NCBI GenBank assembly: GCA_963749495.1
Contig: CAVVMW010000014.1
Span: forward strand, 256,001 to 320,000
DNA from: an uncultured bacterium
Lineage (GTDB): Bacteria; Verrucomicrobiota; Verrucomicrobiia; Limisphaerales; UBA8199
Length of the DNA: 64,000 nt
Reading direction: 5' to 3'
Each line of letters starts with the position of its first letter. Position 1 is the stretch's first letter. The notes under the pieces were generated by a model. The model was not told where the DNA came from. It ran no database searches and saw nothing but the letters and a program-made list of their open reading frames with translations. Below, one piece after another: positions 30,185-40,502 of the stretch. The position numbers and the translations under genes were made by a program.

Positions 30185-33100
30185 TCATTTCAATCTCCCT
30201 TCCGCCAGGGCCTTGAAGTATTCGCCGACCATTTCCTCGTAGCCTTTGGGGATGCCGTCCTGGACGCCGACGCGGATTTCATCGCGCATCCAGGGCGGGA
30301 GTTTGTTTTGCTCGCGCTTGAGGGTGGCCTGGGCCTCGACGGTTTTCCTGGCCTCGCCCAGGGTGTCGACGGCGTGATTGAAGGAGCGGCGCACAGCAAG
30401 TCCATCGTTTTTGCGGGCGGATTCTTCGAGCCGGCTCATCGCGTGAATCGAGGTCTCCAGTTCGCCGCTGGGGACATGATAGCGGCGCAATTTCAAGGCC
30501 AGGGCCTCGGCCTGCTGGCGGATGCGGGCCTGCTGGTCGGCCAGGCGGGGCAGCTTCTGGCCCGCCGCGGCGGGGGCCGGGCCGCGCAGGCCCTCGTCGG
30601 CGAAACCAGCGAGCTTGCCGCCGCCGGTTGCCCCGCCCTGGTCTGGCCTGGCCGCGTCCTTGACACTGCCCTGCTCGAAAGGCCCGGGCGTCAAGCGCGT
30701 GGGCGTCTCGCGTCCGCCCTTGCCTTCGGCGGCGTCGGCCACCATTTGTCCGTGGCTGCGCCCGGAGCGGCCTTCCCCGGAGCGGCCGCCAACCTCATTC
30801 TGGTTCGGCAACAGGTTGCCCGTCACACCTTTGGCGCTCATGTCCGAAATCGGTCCGTCGGACGCGTCCCACCCGACCCCTTTGTCGGCGGAGTCCATCC
30901 ACGAGCTGGTCACGTCCTCGATGTCGGGCGTCATGGCCTCCTCTTTGTCGAGCAAGTCGCCCACGATGTCTTCGAGTTCTTTGGGCAGCTCGGCCATGGC
31001 GATGTCCGCCGGGGCCAGCGGCTCTTCCATGTTCCACTTGATGTTGTCGGGCGCGTCGGGGAGCCAGCGTTCGAGGTTATGCACCAATTCCTGGGCGTTC
31101 TCCAGGCCGCTCTGCTCGTGCGGCACCGCCAGTTCGATCTTCTTGCGCGTCAAGGCGTCGGCCGCCTGTTGTATCTCCTGAAAGACCTGGTTCAACTCCT
31201 GCGCCAGCGAGGCATCGGCGAAATCCTGGTGCGGGAGCTTGCTCAAATCGGTGAGTTTCTCCTCGAAGAACTTCGCCCACTTCTGTTCTTCGCGGGCCAG
31301 TTCGCCCAGGTTCTCCTGCTGGTCCTGCGTGAGGTCCTCGGGGAGCTTGTCGGCCAGGGTGCGGCTCTTCTCCAGGACCCGTTCTTCTTCGGCGACGAAA
31401 CTCCTCACCTCGTCGAGCATTTCCTTGTTGCGTTCTTCCTGGGCAACGGCGGGCGGTTGCGGCGCCTCTTTGCCCTCGGCGGCGGGTTTGAGCTTTTCCG
31501 AGCGGGCGTCCGCTATGCGGCCCAGCAGGGCGAGCAGGTCCGAGAGCAGGCGGGCCTGCCGGCCTTCCAGTTGGTCCAGGGCAGGCGCCAATTGGGTCTT
31601 GGGCTTCCCCTCCAGCTTGCGCAGGTCCTCGAGGACCGGCGGCACTTGCTTGTCCAGGATGGCGGCGAGCGGCACAGCGTAGGTCTTGCCCTCGTTTTTC
31701 TGGTTGAAGAGATCGCGGGATTCCCTGCCCCGCTGCTCGGCCTCGCGCTGCTGGGCAGCCAGCGCCAGGGCCTGGTCGAGCAAGGCGCGTTTCTTCCAGA
31801 CCTCCTCGAGGTAGGTCTTGAGGTTGCCGGTCAGGTGGTTGGCCTTCTCCTGCGCGGCTACGGTTCGCTTGAGCGACTCGAAGGCGGCCGCCAGCGGATC
31901 GTCTTCGCGCAGCGCCAGGTCCTGCTCGGACTTGATGCGCAGCACGATGGGCCGGGAGCGAGAGGGCGCCCCGCCGGGTTGGAAGTCTTTGGCGAGGGCT
32001 TCGAGGTAATAGGTCGCGCCGGCCTCGAAGATGCGGGGATTGATTTCGAGCGTGAACCCCTCTCGCACCGGTCCGGGATTGCCGGGCGGACCCAGATAAG
32101 TCCACCGCTTGAGGACCACGCCCGTCTCCTCTTTGTCGGCCGCGCGCGCCGCCACGGCCACCTCCGCCAGGCCGAAATCGTCGCGCGCCTGCACGTCGAG
32201 CCGGAGGCTCTGGCCGAACTGCGCCAGGCGATTGCGGTCCTCGGTGATGAAGTCAACCTCCGGGGGATTGTCCCGGAGCAACTGCACCTCACCGCGCGCC
32301 AGCGTTAGGACCTTGCCGTCGGCCGACGAGGCCGTCCGCACCTCGTAGAGGCCGCCCTGGGTGACCGCCGTTTGGGCCGACCACCGCCCTGCATGGGCCT
32401 TGAACGGGACCGGTTTGGCGCCGCCGGCCCAATCGGCGGCCTTGATGGGCGGCTCGGCCATGAAGCTGATTTCGAGGGTCGAGCCCGGCAGCGCCGCCAC
32501 CAGCGCCGGCGGGCCGGGACTGGTTTGGGGCTTCTGCCCGGTGTAGGCGGGCGGGGTGACGCGGAAGAGCGAATCCTTGAGCCGCGGCATGGCCCGGACG
32601 TTCACCCGAACGCTGCGCGTATAGCTGTCCCCGGCAAAGACGCGGAAGGCGAACGGGGCCTGGATGTTGGCGAAGGCATGCACGAATTTCCCTGACCGGG
32701 TCGCGGCCGGGCCCGTCTCCTCATCGGATTGGCCATGGCCCAGGGCCTGCATCGGCGCGCTCTCGCCGCCGCCCTGCACGGGTTCCACGAAGCCGGTCTT
32801 CTCCTGCCACACCATCAGCGGCGGCTCACGCAGCCCCCGCAGGCGGGGCGTCCAGACATCCACGGTCACCGCCAGACCCTCGCCTTCGGACACAGTCACA
32901 TCCTCCGCCGGGATCAGTTTCAAGGAGATATTGCCGGGCGGAGGCACGTCCCCCAGCGGCAGCAGGTAGCGCGCCCCGGCCGCGCCGAACTGGCGCGGCA
33001 GCAGCACGATGAACGCCATCCACAGTGCCAGCACCAACCCCGCCGCGCTGCCCCACCGCCCCAGCGCCGGCCCATCCCAGAGGTCGCCGCTCCGGATGCG

Positions 33101-33502
33101 CCCGGCCCACCGGGCGGAGGCGGCGATGGTTTCCCGGGCGAAGGGCATCTCCTCGGGCCGGAATTCCCGGCGCTCGAACTGGACCGCGTTGATGAGCAGG
33201 TTTTCCCGGATGCCGTAACGCTGCTCCAGCAGCAGGGCCGTCTGCTCCGGCGTCCGGCGCTGCAGGGCCGGTCTGAGCACTTTGCGGAAGAGGTGCAGAC
33301 CGCTGAACAAGGCACCGCCCAACGAGAGCGGCAAACGCAGCCCGGCCGGCAGACTCAACAGGCTGTCGCCCAAAAACAGCACCAGCCATAACCCCAGGCA
33401 CACCGCCAGCCACCAGCAGAGCCCGAGGGCCGCCGCCGACCATCTTAGGCGCGCCCCGGCCTGGGCGACAAAGGTGTCGAGCTGGGGGTCACCTGTTTGC
33501 AT
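30185..33502 (-). CDS. Large membrane-anchored coiled-coil protein (DUF4175-like)
   Basis: N-terminal TM helices, PPAYTG, DNPPEV..ARDDFGL, long Q/E-rich coiled coil, C-terminal PKGYEEMVGEYFKAL. Confidence 0.75.
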   Translation of the reverse strand: MQTGDPQLDTFVAQAGARLRWSAAALGLCWWLAVCLGLWLVLFLGDSLLSLPAGLRLPLSLGGALFSGLHLFRKVLRPALQRRTPEQTALLLEQRYGIRENLLINAVQFERREFRPEEMPFARETIAASARWAGRIRSGDLWDGPALGRWGSAAGLVLALWMAFIVLLPRQFGAAGARYLLPLGDVPPPGNISLKLIPAEDVTVSEGEGLAVTVDVWTPRLRGLREPPLMVWQEKTGFVEPVQGGGESAPMQALGHGQSDEETGPAATRSGKFVHAFANIQAPFAFRVFAGDSYTRSVRVNVRAMPRLKDSLFRVTPPAYTGQKPQTSPGPPALVAALPGSTLEISFMAEPPIKAADWAGGAKPVPFKAHAGRWSAQTAVTQGGLYEVRTASSADGKVLTLARGEVQLLRDNPPEVDFITEDRNRLAQFGQSLRLDVQARDDFGLAEVAVAARAADKEETGVVLKRWTYLGPPGNPGPVREGFTLEINPRIFEAGATYYLEALAKDFQPGGAPSRSRPIVLRIKSEQDLALREDDPLAAAFESLKRTVAAQEKANHLTGNLKTYLEEVWKKRALLDQALALAAQQREAEQRGRESRDLFNQKNEGKTYAVPLAAILDKQVPPVLEDLRKLEGKPKTQLAPALDQLEGRQARLLSDLLALLGRIADARSEKLKPAAEGKEAPQPPAVAQEERNKEMLDEVRSFVAEEERVLEKSRTLADKLPEDLTQDQQENLGELAREEQKWAKFFEEKLTDLSKLPHQDFADASLAQELNQVFQEIQQAADALTRKKIELAVPHEQSGLENAQELVHNLERWLPDAPDNIKWNMEEPLAPADIAMAELPKELEDIVGDLLDKEEAMTPDIEDVTSSWMDSADKGVGWDASDGPISDMSAKGVTGNLLPNQNEVGGRSGEGRSGRSHGQMVADAAEGKGGRETPTRLTPGPFEQGSVKDAARPDQGGATGGGKLAGFADEGLRGPAPAAAGQKLPRLADQQARIRQQAEALALKLRRYHVPSGELETSIHAMSRLEESARKNDGLAVRRSFNHAVDTLGEARKTVEAQATLKREQNKLPPWMRDEIRVGVQDGIPKGYEEMVGEYFKALAEGRLK

Positions 33503-34622
33503 CTGCAGTTGCCTGTTTTCCCGCGCGCCAAAGTATATCAGAGAGTTCCACCGTGGGCACAGGTTCATTTTTGGCGCCGATGCCACGGAACAAATAGCCT
33601 TTGCCGGCCAGCATGAGGCGCTGGCTGTCGGGGTCGAGCTTCCAGCGATAGACCTCCAGGCGCCAGGGCTGGCCGCGGGTCTCGGGCAAAGTAGTCGCCC
33701 CCTTTCTCGATGCCAGCATGAGCGAATAGACCTCCGACCTCGCCTCATCGTGGAACACCCCCAGGAGTCTGCGGTCGTCGAAGAAATCCTCAGACTCCGG
33801 CAGCGCCGCGCGAACCAATGCCGCGCGCTTTTCATCGGTGCCCTTGGGCCAGCCGACAACGATTCGCGGCCCAATCTTGAGCGCCAGGAAGAGCTCCTTG
33901 CCGAGCGACGCAGGTATCGTGTAGTCGCCGACGGCGCTAGCGCGCTTTCCCTCGATCCGGACCAGGGCTCCGCGCGTCAGGGCCGCCAACTCGCCCCCGG
34001 GGCCCATGCCGGGCAGATCGAACTTGAGACGGACCGTGGCCTCGGTTCTTTTCGCGGGATCTTCAAAAGAGATTCTCGCCGGATAGGCCAGATCCTTAAG
34101 GGTCTCGCCTTCTTTGCCGCGTTGCTTGGCCAGGAGAATGACCTTCTGCGCGGCATCGCCACCCTCGCCTTCGACGTAAAGCACGGTGGTGTAAAGATGG
34201 CCCGTGAGCGTCTCCCCGCCGGCCAGAACAACCGTGGTGTTCAGGTAACGCACCGGGTAGGGCCGGCCTTCGGTCTGTTTGATGGCTTTGCCCGCCTCCG
34301 GAAAACGATAGCTCTGCTCAATACTTTCCCTCTCGGGCGACATCCGGAGTTCCTGCACGATGCCCAGGGGCACCGTCCTGACCTGGTTGCCCAGATGGAG
34401 CTTGAGCTCACTGCCCGGCGTCAACGACATCCTGCCACTGAGCGTCCGGCCATCGGAGAACTCGACGCGCCCCGGCCGGGCCTCCTGGGCGGACGACGGC
34501 AGGCCGGCAACGAGAAGCGCGAGAGACCAAAAGCCGAGGAAAGCGATGGTCCCGAAGGGACACTTGAGAAGCCCGGCGCAGCGATCAGTAATGCAGGCGA
34601 CATTCAGACGGGAGTTTAACAT
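33489..34622 (-). CDS. Hypothetical secreted protein
   Basis: Long ORF with a hydrophobic signal-like stretch, overlapping the start of the downstream gene. Start uncertain. Confidence 0.65.
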   Translation of the reverse strand: MLNSRLNVACITDRCAGLLKCPFGTIAFLGFWSLALLVAGLPSSAQEARPGRVEFSDGRTLSGRMSLTPGSELKLHLGNQVRTVPLGIVQELRMSPERESIEQSYRFPEAGKAIKQTEGRPYPVRYLNTTVVLAGGETLTGHLYTTVLYVEGEGGDAAQKVILLAKQRGKEGETLKDLAYPARISFEDPAKRTEATVRLKFDLPGMGPGGELAALTRGALVRIEGKRASAVGDYTIPASLGKELFLALKIGPRIVVGWPKGTDEKRAALVRAALPESEDFFDDRRLLGVFHDEARSEVYSLMLASRKGATTLPETRGQPWRLEVYRWKLDPDSQRLMLAGKGYLFRGIGAKNEPVPTVELSDILWRAGKQATADANR

Positions 34623-34629
34623 TGTCGAG

Positions 34630-34812
34630 TTAGCCATCCAAACCCAGATGGCGTTTGATGTGGCGGACCAGATGCTCGTCAACCTCTGTGTGGCGTGGAA
34701 CGGGTTGCTTGCGCCCATTGGCCGGGTTCCAATATATGTCGTGGCGCGATCCCGGTCGGAGCAATTCGCAACCCGCCGCATTCAACTGCCGGACGAACTC
34801 CCGACGCTTCAT
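34630..34812 (-). CDS. hicA: HicA family toxin
   Basis: MKRREFVRQL..GSRHDIY.NP..VPRH.E. Confidence 0.88.
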   Translation of the reverse strand: MKRREFVRQLNAAGCELLRPGSRHDIYWNPANGRKQPVPRHTEVDEHLVRHIKRHLGLDG

Positions 34813-35000
34813 ACCACCACTTCTTTGAACTGGTGCTTCTCGGGGACATCTTCCAGAACCATCATCCGGTAGGCGTCTCGGATGTTCTCCTCCAGCTCCT
34901 TCAGGGTCCGGCCCTGCGTCATGATCTCCGGGTGTTCGATAAGCTTGCCGAGCCAGAACTTCTTCGACTTCCAATAGACCATCGTCAGTCGTGCATTCAT
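34809..35000 (-). CDS. hicB: HicB family antitoxin (short form)
   Basis: P..MTQGRTLKELEENIRDA; ATGA overlap with hicA. Confidence 0.88.
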   Translation of the reverse strand: MNARLTMVYWKSKKFWLGKLIEHPEIMTQGRTLKELEENIRDAYRMMVLEDVPEKHQFKEVVV

Positions 35001-35078
35001 GAATCTCAGATTAACAGTGGTGCGGATTCGCGCAATGATCTTGACCGCGCGTTGATAAACAGTCAAAGCGTACATTGC

Positions 35079-35492
35079 ATGGCAACCAAACCGATATCCT
35101 TGAGGGTCGCTCAGGAGGTGAAACTGGACCTGGAGCGAATTGCTCGGCGTTTTGGCACCAGCCCGGGGACGCTGGGCGCCGATTTCGTTACGCAGGGGGT
35201 GCGAACGGCAAACCATCCCAGCATCGAATTCCGGCAAACCCCCGCCGGCCGTATGGCCTACGTGCGCGGGGTGCGGTTGCCTGTTTGGCTGGCGGTCGAG
35301 ACGGTTGACGATTGCAAGGGCGATGCGAACAGGGCGGCCAGGCTGCTGCGGCTGCCGGTGCTGCTCCTCCAGGCGGCATTAGCCTATGCGCAGGCGTTTC
35401 CGGCAGAGATCGCCGCCGATCGAGCCGCCTGCCGCTGGCCCCTGGAGGAGTTGGACACTCTTGTACCGAATCATTCGTTCCTCCGGGTGTGA
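35079..35492 (+). CDS. RHH + DUF433-type antitoxin
   Basis: KPISLRV N-terminus; HPSIEFR..GR.AYVRGVRLPVW; AALAYA..FPAEI. Confidence 0.75.
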   Translation: MATKPISLRVAQEVKLDLERIARRFGTSPGTLGADFVTQGVRTANHPSIEFRQTPAGRMAYVRGVRLPVWLAVETVDDCKGDANRAARLLRLPVLLLQAALAYAQAFPAEIAADRAACRWPLEELDTLVPNHSFLRV

Positions 35493-35575
35493 AAGCCAAA
35501 CTGCTTTTGGATTCACACGTGCCCGCTGACGCTGCCATCGTCTTGCGTCCCCTGTGTTCAGGCCGGCACGTTTAG
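35489..35575 (+). pseudogene. Truncated DUF5615/PIN-like toxin (28 aa)
   Basis: GTGA overlap; MKAKLLLDSHVPADAAIVLR.. then stop. Confidence 0.65.
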
Positions 35576-35610
35576 CATGTCTCCACATGGCAGGACGGCG
35601 CCTATTCGCC

Positions 35611-37146
35611 ATGCGTTACTTCCTTGCGTTGGTCCCCATTTTGGTAGTGCTGGTGCTGATGATCTGGCGTCGTTGGGGCGCGCACAGGGCGGGGGCGGCG
35701 GGCTGGGTGGCGGGGCTGGTCGTCGGGGCGGTGAGCTTTGGGTTGACTCCCCAGGTCTTTTGGGTGTCCCAGGCCAAGGGTTTATTGCTCTCGGCGTTCG
35801 TGCTGGGGGTGCTGTGGCCGGCGCTCTTCTTGTATCATTGGAACGACCAGAATGGGGGCATCACGGCGGTGGCGCGGCTGCTCCAGGCAGCTATTCCCAA
35901 CCCGGGGATGTGCCGGGTCCTTCTGGCATGGTCGTTGAGCGGTTTGCTCGAGGGCCTGGCCGGGTTCGGATTGCCGATAGCCGTGGTGGCGCCGATGCTG
36001 GTCGCGCTGGGCGTGCCACCGCTCAGGGCCGTGGCGGCGGTGGCCGTGGGCCATTCCTGGGCGGTCACGTTCGGAGACATGGGGGTGATTTTCCAGACGC
36101 TGGTTGCCGTAGTCAGGCTGGATGCGGCGAGCCTGGTGCCCTGGGCGGCGCTGTTGCTGGGTCTGGCGTGCCTGCTTTGCGGACTGTGCAGTGCCGCCAT
36201 CCTGGGCCAGTTGCGGCAGTGGCCAACGATCGCCGCTCTGTCAGTCCTGATCGGGACGACCCAGTACGCCCTGGCCGCAGCCGGGATGATTGCCCTGTCG
36301 GCCTTCGGCGCGGGGCTGGCCGGGCTGGCAGGGTATTTGGCCTGGGCCAGGGCTTTTGGAGCGAAGTCCGACCCGTCTGACCCGTCTGACCGGTCGGACC
36401 AGTCGGACCGACTTGCGCGCCGCCCCGCACTGCTAACCCTCGGCACGTATGGCGCGCTCACCCTCTTGATGGCCGCCATCACGATGGTGGGGCCGGTGCG
36501 CGCCTGGACCCAGAGCCTGGCGTGGAGGCCGGTCTTTCCAGAAGTGATCTCGCGCACCCATTTCTCGACCCCGGCCTGCCCGGGCCAGGTGTTTCGTCCG
36601 CTGGCCCACCCGGGCGCGTTGATCCTGGTGGTGGCGGGGTTGAGCGTGGCCTGGCGCGGCCTGCGCACCGGGCAAGCGCTGGGCACAGCACGAAAGGCGG
36701 CGCGGGCGACCTGGCGCTCCGGCGCGGCGGCCACGGTGGGCATTGTGACGATGGTGGGGCTCTCGATGCTCATGGACCACTGCCAGATGAGTTACCTGTT
36801 GGCCAAAGGGCTCAGCAGCTTGTTGGGCGGAGTCTATCCACTGGTCGCGCCTTGCGTGGGCATCCTGGGGGCGTTCGCGACGGGCAGCAACAACAACTCG
36901 AACGTGTTGTTCGGCTCGTTGCAAACCAACGTGGCGGCGCTGCTGCGGATCAACCCCTGTCTGTTGGCCGCCGCGCAAACGGCCGGCGGCTCGCTGGGCA
37001 GCATGCTGGCCCCGGTCAAGATTATCCTGGGCTGCAGCACCGTGGCGTGCATCGGACAAGAAGGCCGGGTGATGCGCCAGACCGTCCCATGCGGCCTGGC
37101 CATCGGGCTGGCCCTGGGCCTGCTCACGCTGCTCCTGTGTCAGTAA
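35611..37146 (+). CDS. lctP: L-lactate permease family protein
   Basis: LEGLAGFGLP, VTFGDMG and GAFATGSNNNSNVLFG motifs; many TM helices. Confidence 0.88.
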   Translation: MRYFLALVPILVVLVLMIWRRWGAHRAGAAGWVAGLVVGAVSFGLTPQVFWVSQAKGLLLSAFVLGVLWPALFLYHWNDQNGGITAVARLLQAAIPNPGMCRVLLAWSLSGLLEGLAGFGLPIAVVAPMLVALGVPPLRAVAAVAVGHSWAVTFGDMGVIFQTLVAVVRLDAASLVPWAALLLGLACLLCGLCSAAILGQLRQWPTIAALSVLIGTTQYALAAAGMIALSAFGAGLAGLAGYLAWARAFGAKSDPSDPSDRSDQSDRLARRPALLTLGTYGALTLLMAAITMVGPVRAWTQSLAWRPVFPEVISRTHFSTPACPGQVFRPLAHPGALILVVAGLSVAWRGLRTGQALGTARKAARATWRSGAAATVGIVTMVGLSMLMDHCQMSYLLAKGLSSLLGGVYPLVAPCVGILGAFATGSNNNSNVLFGSLQTNVAALLRINPCLLAAAQTAGGSLGSMLAPVKIILGCSTVACIGQEGRVMRQTVPCGLAIGLALGLLTLLLCQ

Positions 37147-37147
37147 A

Positions 37148-37265
37148 AGGCTAAAGGCCAATAACAAAGGCTAAAGGCTAAAGGCTAAAGGCTAAAGTTC
37201 AGACCCTGCGCTCCGCAGCCTCCCCACCTCAGCCTTTAGCCTTTAGCCTTTAGCCTTTAGCCTTT
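37148..37265. repeat. Inverted pair of (AAGGCTA)n arrays between convergent genes; possible bidirectional terminator
   Basis: (AAGGCTA)n at 37148-37197 and (TAGCCTT)n at 37229-37265. Confidence 0.8.
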
Positions 37266-40200
37266 TAGTCCAGCTTGGGGTTGGGCGTCAGGTCGGCGGG
37301 TTTGGCGCGGGCGGTGAGTTGGATGCCGCCCAGGATGTGCTTTAGGAACGGGGCTTCGCGGAAGCTCTCGTCGGTGTGGCCCATGGCGGTGTACCACATA
37401 ATGCCCTGGCCCATCGGTTTGCACCAGGAAATGGGATGGTCCTGGCCCACCGTGCCGCCCTGGTAAGTGGATTCCTGGACCGTGGCCAGGACGCGCGCGC
37501 GGCCGCGGGGCGTGCCGTCGTAATTGTACCATTCGTCGGGGCGGACCCAATGGTCGGGCAAGTCGAGGGTCGAGGGGTTGGCGTGCTCCTCGACATCCAC
37601 CCGAGCGGGAACCACAGCCGAGTGGTTCTTGAACGAGACGCAGCAGAGATCCCCGTACCAGGCCCATTTGTCCTCGCAGGCGGAAGGGCCAAACATAGCG
37701 CCATGAATGCCGACAAACCCGCCTCCGCCCAGGACGTAGTCCTTGAAGGCCTTCTGCTGTTCGTCGTTGAGGACATCGCCGGTGGCGCTCAGGAAGACGA
37801 CCGTCTTGTACCGGGCCAGATTCTCTGGCGTGAAGGCGGCGCTGTCCTCGGTGGCATCGACACCAAAGCCGTTCTGGGCGCCAAGCCGGCGGATGGCGGC
37901 GATGCCCAGGGGGATGTTTGCGTGCCGGTAGCCGAGGGTCTTGGAGAAGACCAGGACCCTGAACTGGGCCTTCGTTCCGGGCCGATGCTGATAGAGGCCC
38001 AATTCCCGGATGGCGGGCGAGCCGCCATAATAACCGGTGATGCGCAGCTCAATCGCCTGCGCGGTGGTTTCCGGCAGGGACATCACCAGCAGGTTGTCCG
38101 TGTATTGGGCATTGTCAACCTTCTTGATGGCGCGGCCATCGGCCAGGACCTCGAAATCCTTGGGGGCGAAGTTGTGCTGCTGGTAGCCCATGATGCTCAA
38201 GGCGGCGATCTGCTCAGGCTGCTTGAAGGTGACCACGAACCGGTAGAGTTTGGCGTTGTCCTCCTTGTCCCAGTAGGTGTCGGGGTTGCCGTCAATGCCG
38301 GCCTGGTCGCCGCCGGCAGCGCCGTCTTTTTGCAGGCCGTCCGGGCTGGAGGCAATGCCTTGAGGGGCGATGTTGATCATGTCGCCGAGCACGACGCCGG
38401 CGTTCTCCGCCAATTGCCGGGCCGCCGGGGACTTGCACGTGTCCAGGATGCGCTGGATGGCGTCGCTGGCGGCCTCAGGCTCGGTCGCTTGCAGTTTCCG
38501 GGCCAGGCGAACGACAGCATTGGCCGCCTCGACCTCCACCGCCGGGTCTGCCAGGCAATTCTCCGCCAACACAAGCGCCCTGGCATGGCCGACCTCCATC
38601 AGCGCCGCCAGGATGGCGCGCTTGTCGTCCGCCGAGGCGGCCACGCCCAGGGCGCCTTCGAGCAGTTTGGCAGCCTGGGCAGGCGCGCGCTGGGCCTCCA
38701 AACCAGCCAGCCGGATCAGGCCGCGCAGGGCCAGGGCGCGTTGCGCCGGGGCGGGCGCCGAACGGGCCAGGCGCTCGAGGTCCGGCTGCACGGCCGCGTC
38801 GGGCCATTCGGCCAGGCAGCGGATGGCAGTGTCTGTAACCGCAGGGTCGGCGCCGGCCAGCGCGGCGCGCAGGGCCTCAAGGGATTTTGCGTTGGGAATC
38901 CGCGCCGCCAAACGCAACAAGGCGCATTTGGCTTCGGACGATTTCCCAGGGAGCGCGCCCAGAAGGGCCGAGAGTGCGGTCTCGCGATCCGAGGCGCGCT
39001 GGAGCAGGCCGGCCACCGCATTTTCGATCCCTTCGCGGTCGGCATCGGTCCCGGCCTGAGCCAAGAGGCCGAGCAGGCGGGGCAGGTCGCCTGGAGCAGC
39101 AAGCTGCGCGAGGGCCTTCTGGGCCTCGCGCCGCACCGAGCCATCCGCGTCGGCGGCCAAGTCGAGCAAGGCGGGGACGGCGGACGTGTCATTGCGCGCG
39201 GCAAGGGCGCGGGCGGCCTCGCACCGGGCCGGGGCGAGGCCGGGCTGGAGGGCGGCGGCCAGGGCCTGGCTGACGCCCGGGCCGCGCAAGCTTTGCAGGG
39301 CCTGCCGAGCGGCGCTCTGCGCGCGGCCCTCCGCGCTGGCCGCCTCCGCGACGAGCATAGGGACATCCGCGGCGCCGCCCAGGCGGCCCAGGGCCTCGAT
39401 AGCGGCAATGCGGACCTGTTCGTTGCCGCCGCGCGCCGCGCCGCGGACGGTCCCGAGGGCGCAGGCATTCGTCACCATGCCCAGGACGCATGCTTGAGTC
39501 TCGGGCGTCCATAAATTGAACTTCGCAAGGACTTCGGAGACGATTGGGTCGGACCCGGACTCGCAGAGCAGCCGGGCAGCGGCGGCGCGCACCAGGGGTT
39601 GGCCTGAGAGGAGGGCCTCGATGAACACGGGGCCTGCGGCAGCGCCCTCGGCCAACACGTAACACCGCAGCGTGGCAGACTTGATGACCGGGTCGGCCGA
39701 TCGGTAGTAAAGGGCGCGGCTGGCATGGGCCGCTTCAGATGCGTCGCCCGAGGCCAGGAGGCTCTCGGCGCAAAGCAGGATGGCATGCTCGCGATAGCGT
39801 TCGAGGCCCGCGGGGACCAGGGTCTTCTGCACGGCGGCCAGGGCCTCGGGGCCGCCGATGTGGCCAAGCGCATAAAGCGCAGCCTCGGCCACGAGTGGGT
39901 CCGGGTCGCCGGCCAAGGGCGCGATGAGACTGAGGGCCTGGTAGTCGGCGCGCGCGCCCAGCGTCTGGATGACGCCGGCTTTGAGCAGGCCCTGTGTCCT
40001 GGGCAAGGCCTTGCGTAGGGCCTCGTCGGGCTTTGGCCCGGGAATGCTGCGCAAGGCATACTGGGCATCGGCAGCCAACCGCGGGTCCACAAGGAGCGCG
40101 GCCAGGGCCGGCACTGCCCGCTCGGAGCCGGCCATGCGCAACGTGCGGCAGACCCAGGACTTGGCATCGGTGGTTGCCTCGCGGGATTGAAGGACCTCGA

Positions 40201-40459
40201 TGAGCCTGGCCTCGATTGCCCGGAGTTGGGCCGGGTTGGCGGAAGCGATGTCCGACTGGATAGCCACCAGGGCCGGGCTGGCCTGGCCGAACTTGAGTTG
40301 GCGCAACTCAGTGTAGGAATCGGCGGCGGGTGAGAGCGAAGCCTGCGAGAGCAGGAATGCCAGGGGGAGAATCCGGAATCTGGACCACGTCGGACTCGTC
40401 AGACGCGTCTGACGCGTCCGACCTGTTTTGGATTTCAGGCATTGGATTTGAGATTTCAT
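37265..40459 (-). CDS. HEAT-repeat + F5/8 type C + ThuA domain protein
   Basis: Ala/Leu-rich HEAT repeats, IDGNPDTYW, then VLVFSKTLGYRHANI, GGGFVGIH and YTAMGH. Confidence 0.88.
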   Translation of the reverse strand: MKSQIQCLKSKTGRTRQTRLTSPTWSRFRILPLAFLLSQASLSPAADSYTELRQLKFGQASPALVAIQSDIASANPAQLRAIEARLIEVLQSREATTDAKSWVCRTLRMAGSERAVPALAALLVDPRLAADAQYALRSIPGPKPDEALRKALPRTQGLLKAGVIQTLGARADYQALSLIAPLAGDPDPLVAEAALYALGHIGGPEALAAVQKTLVPAGLERYREHAILLCAESLLASGDASEAAHASRALYYRSADPVIKSATLRCYVLAEGAAAGPVFIEALLSGQPLVRAAAARLLCESGSDPIVSEVLAKFNLWTPETQACVLGMVTNACALGTVRGAARGGNEQVRIAAIEALGRLGGAADVPMLVAEAASAEGRAQSAARQALQSLRGPGVSQALAAALQPGLAPARCEAARALAARNDTSAVPALLDLAADADGSVRREAQKALAQLAAPGDLPRLLGLLAQAGTDADREGIENAVAGLLQRASDRETALSALLGALPGKSSEAKCALLRLAARIPNAKSLEALRAALAGADPAVTDTAIRCLAEWPDAAVQPDLERLARSAPAPAQRALALRGLIRLAGLEAQRAPAQAAKLLEGALGVAASADDKRAILAALMEVGHARALVLAENCLADPAVEVEAANAVVRLARKLQATEPEAASDAIQRILDTCKSPAARQLAENAGVVLGDMINIAPQGIASSPDGLQKDGAAGGDQAGIDGNPDTYWDKEDNAKLYRFVVTFKQPEQIAALSIMGYQQHNFAPKDFEVLADGRAIKKVDNAQYTDNLLVMSLPETTAQAIELRITGYYGGSPAIRELGLYQHRPGTKAQFRVLVFSKTLGYRHANIPLGIAAIRRLGAQNGFGVDATEDSAAFTPENLARYKTVVFLSATGDVLNDEQQKAFKDYVLGGGGFVGIHGAMFGPSACEDKWAWYGDLCCVSFKNHSAVVPARVDVEEHANPSTLDLPDHWVRPDEWYNYDGTPRGRARVLATVQESTYQGGTVGQDHPISWCKPMGQGIMWYTAMGHTDESFREAPFLKHILGGIQLTARAKPADLTPNPKLD

Positions 40460-40502
40460 AAGTGGAGGAAAGGTGAGGAGCCTGGGATTGAGCGCGGGCG
40501 AT

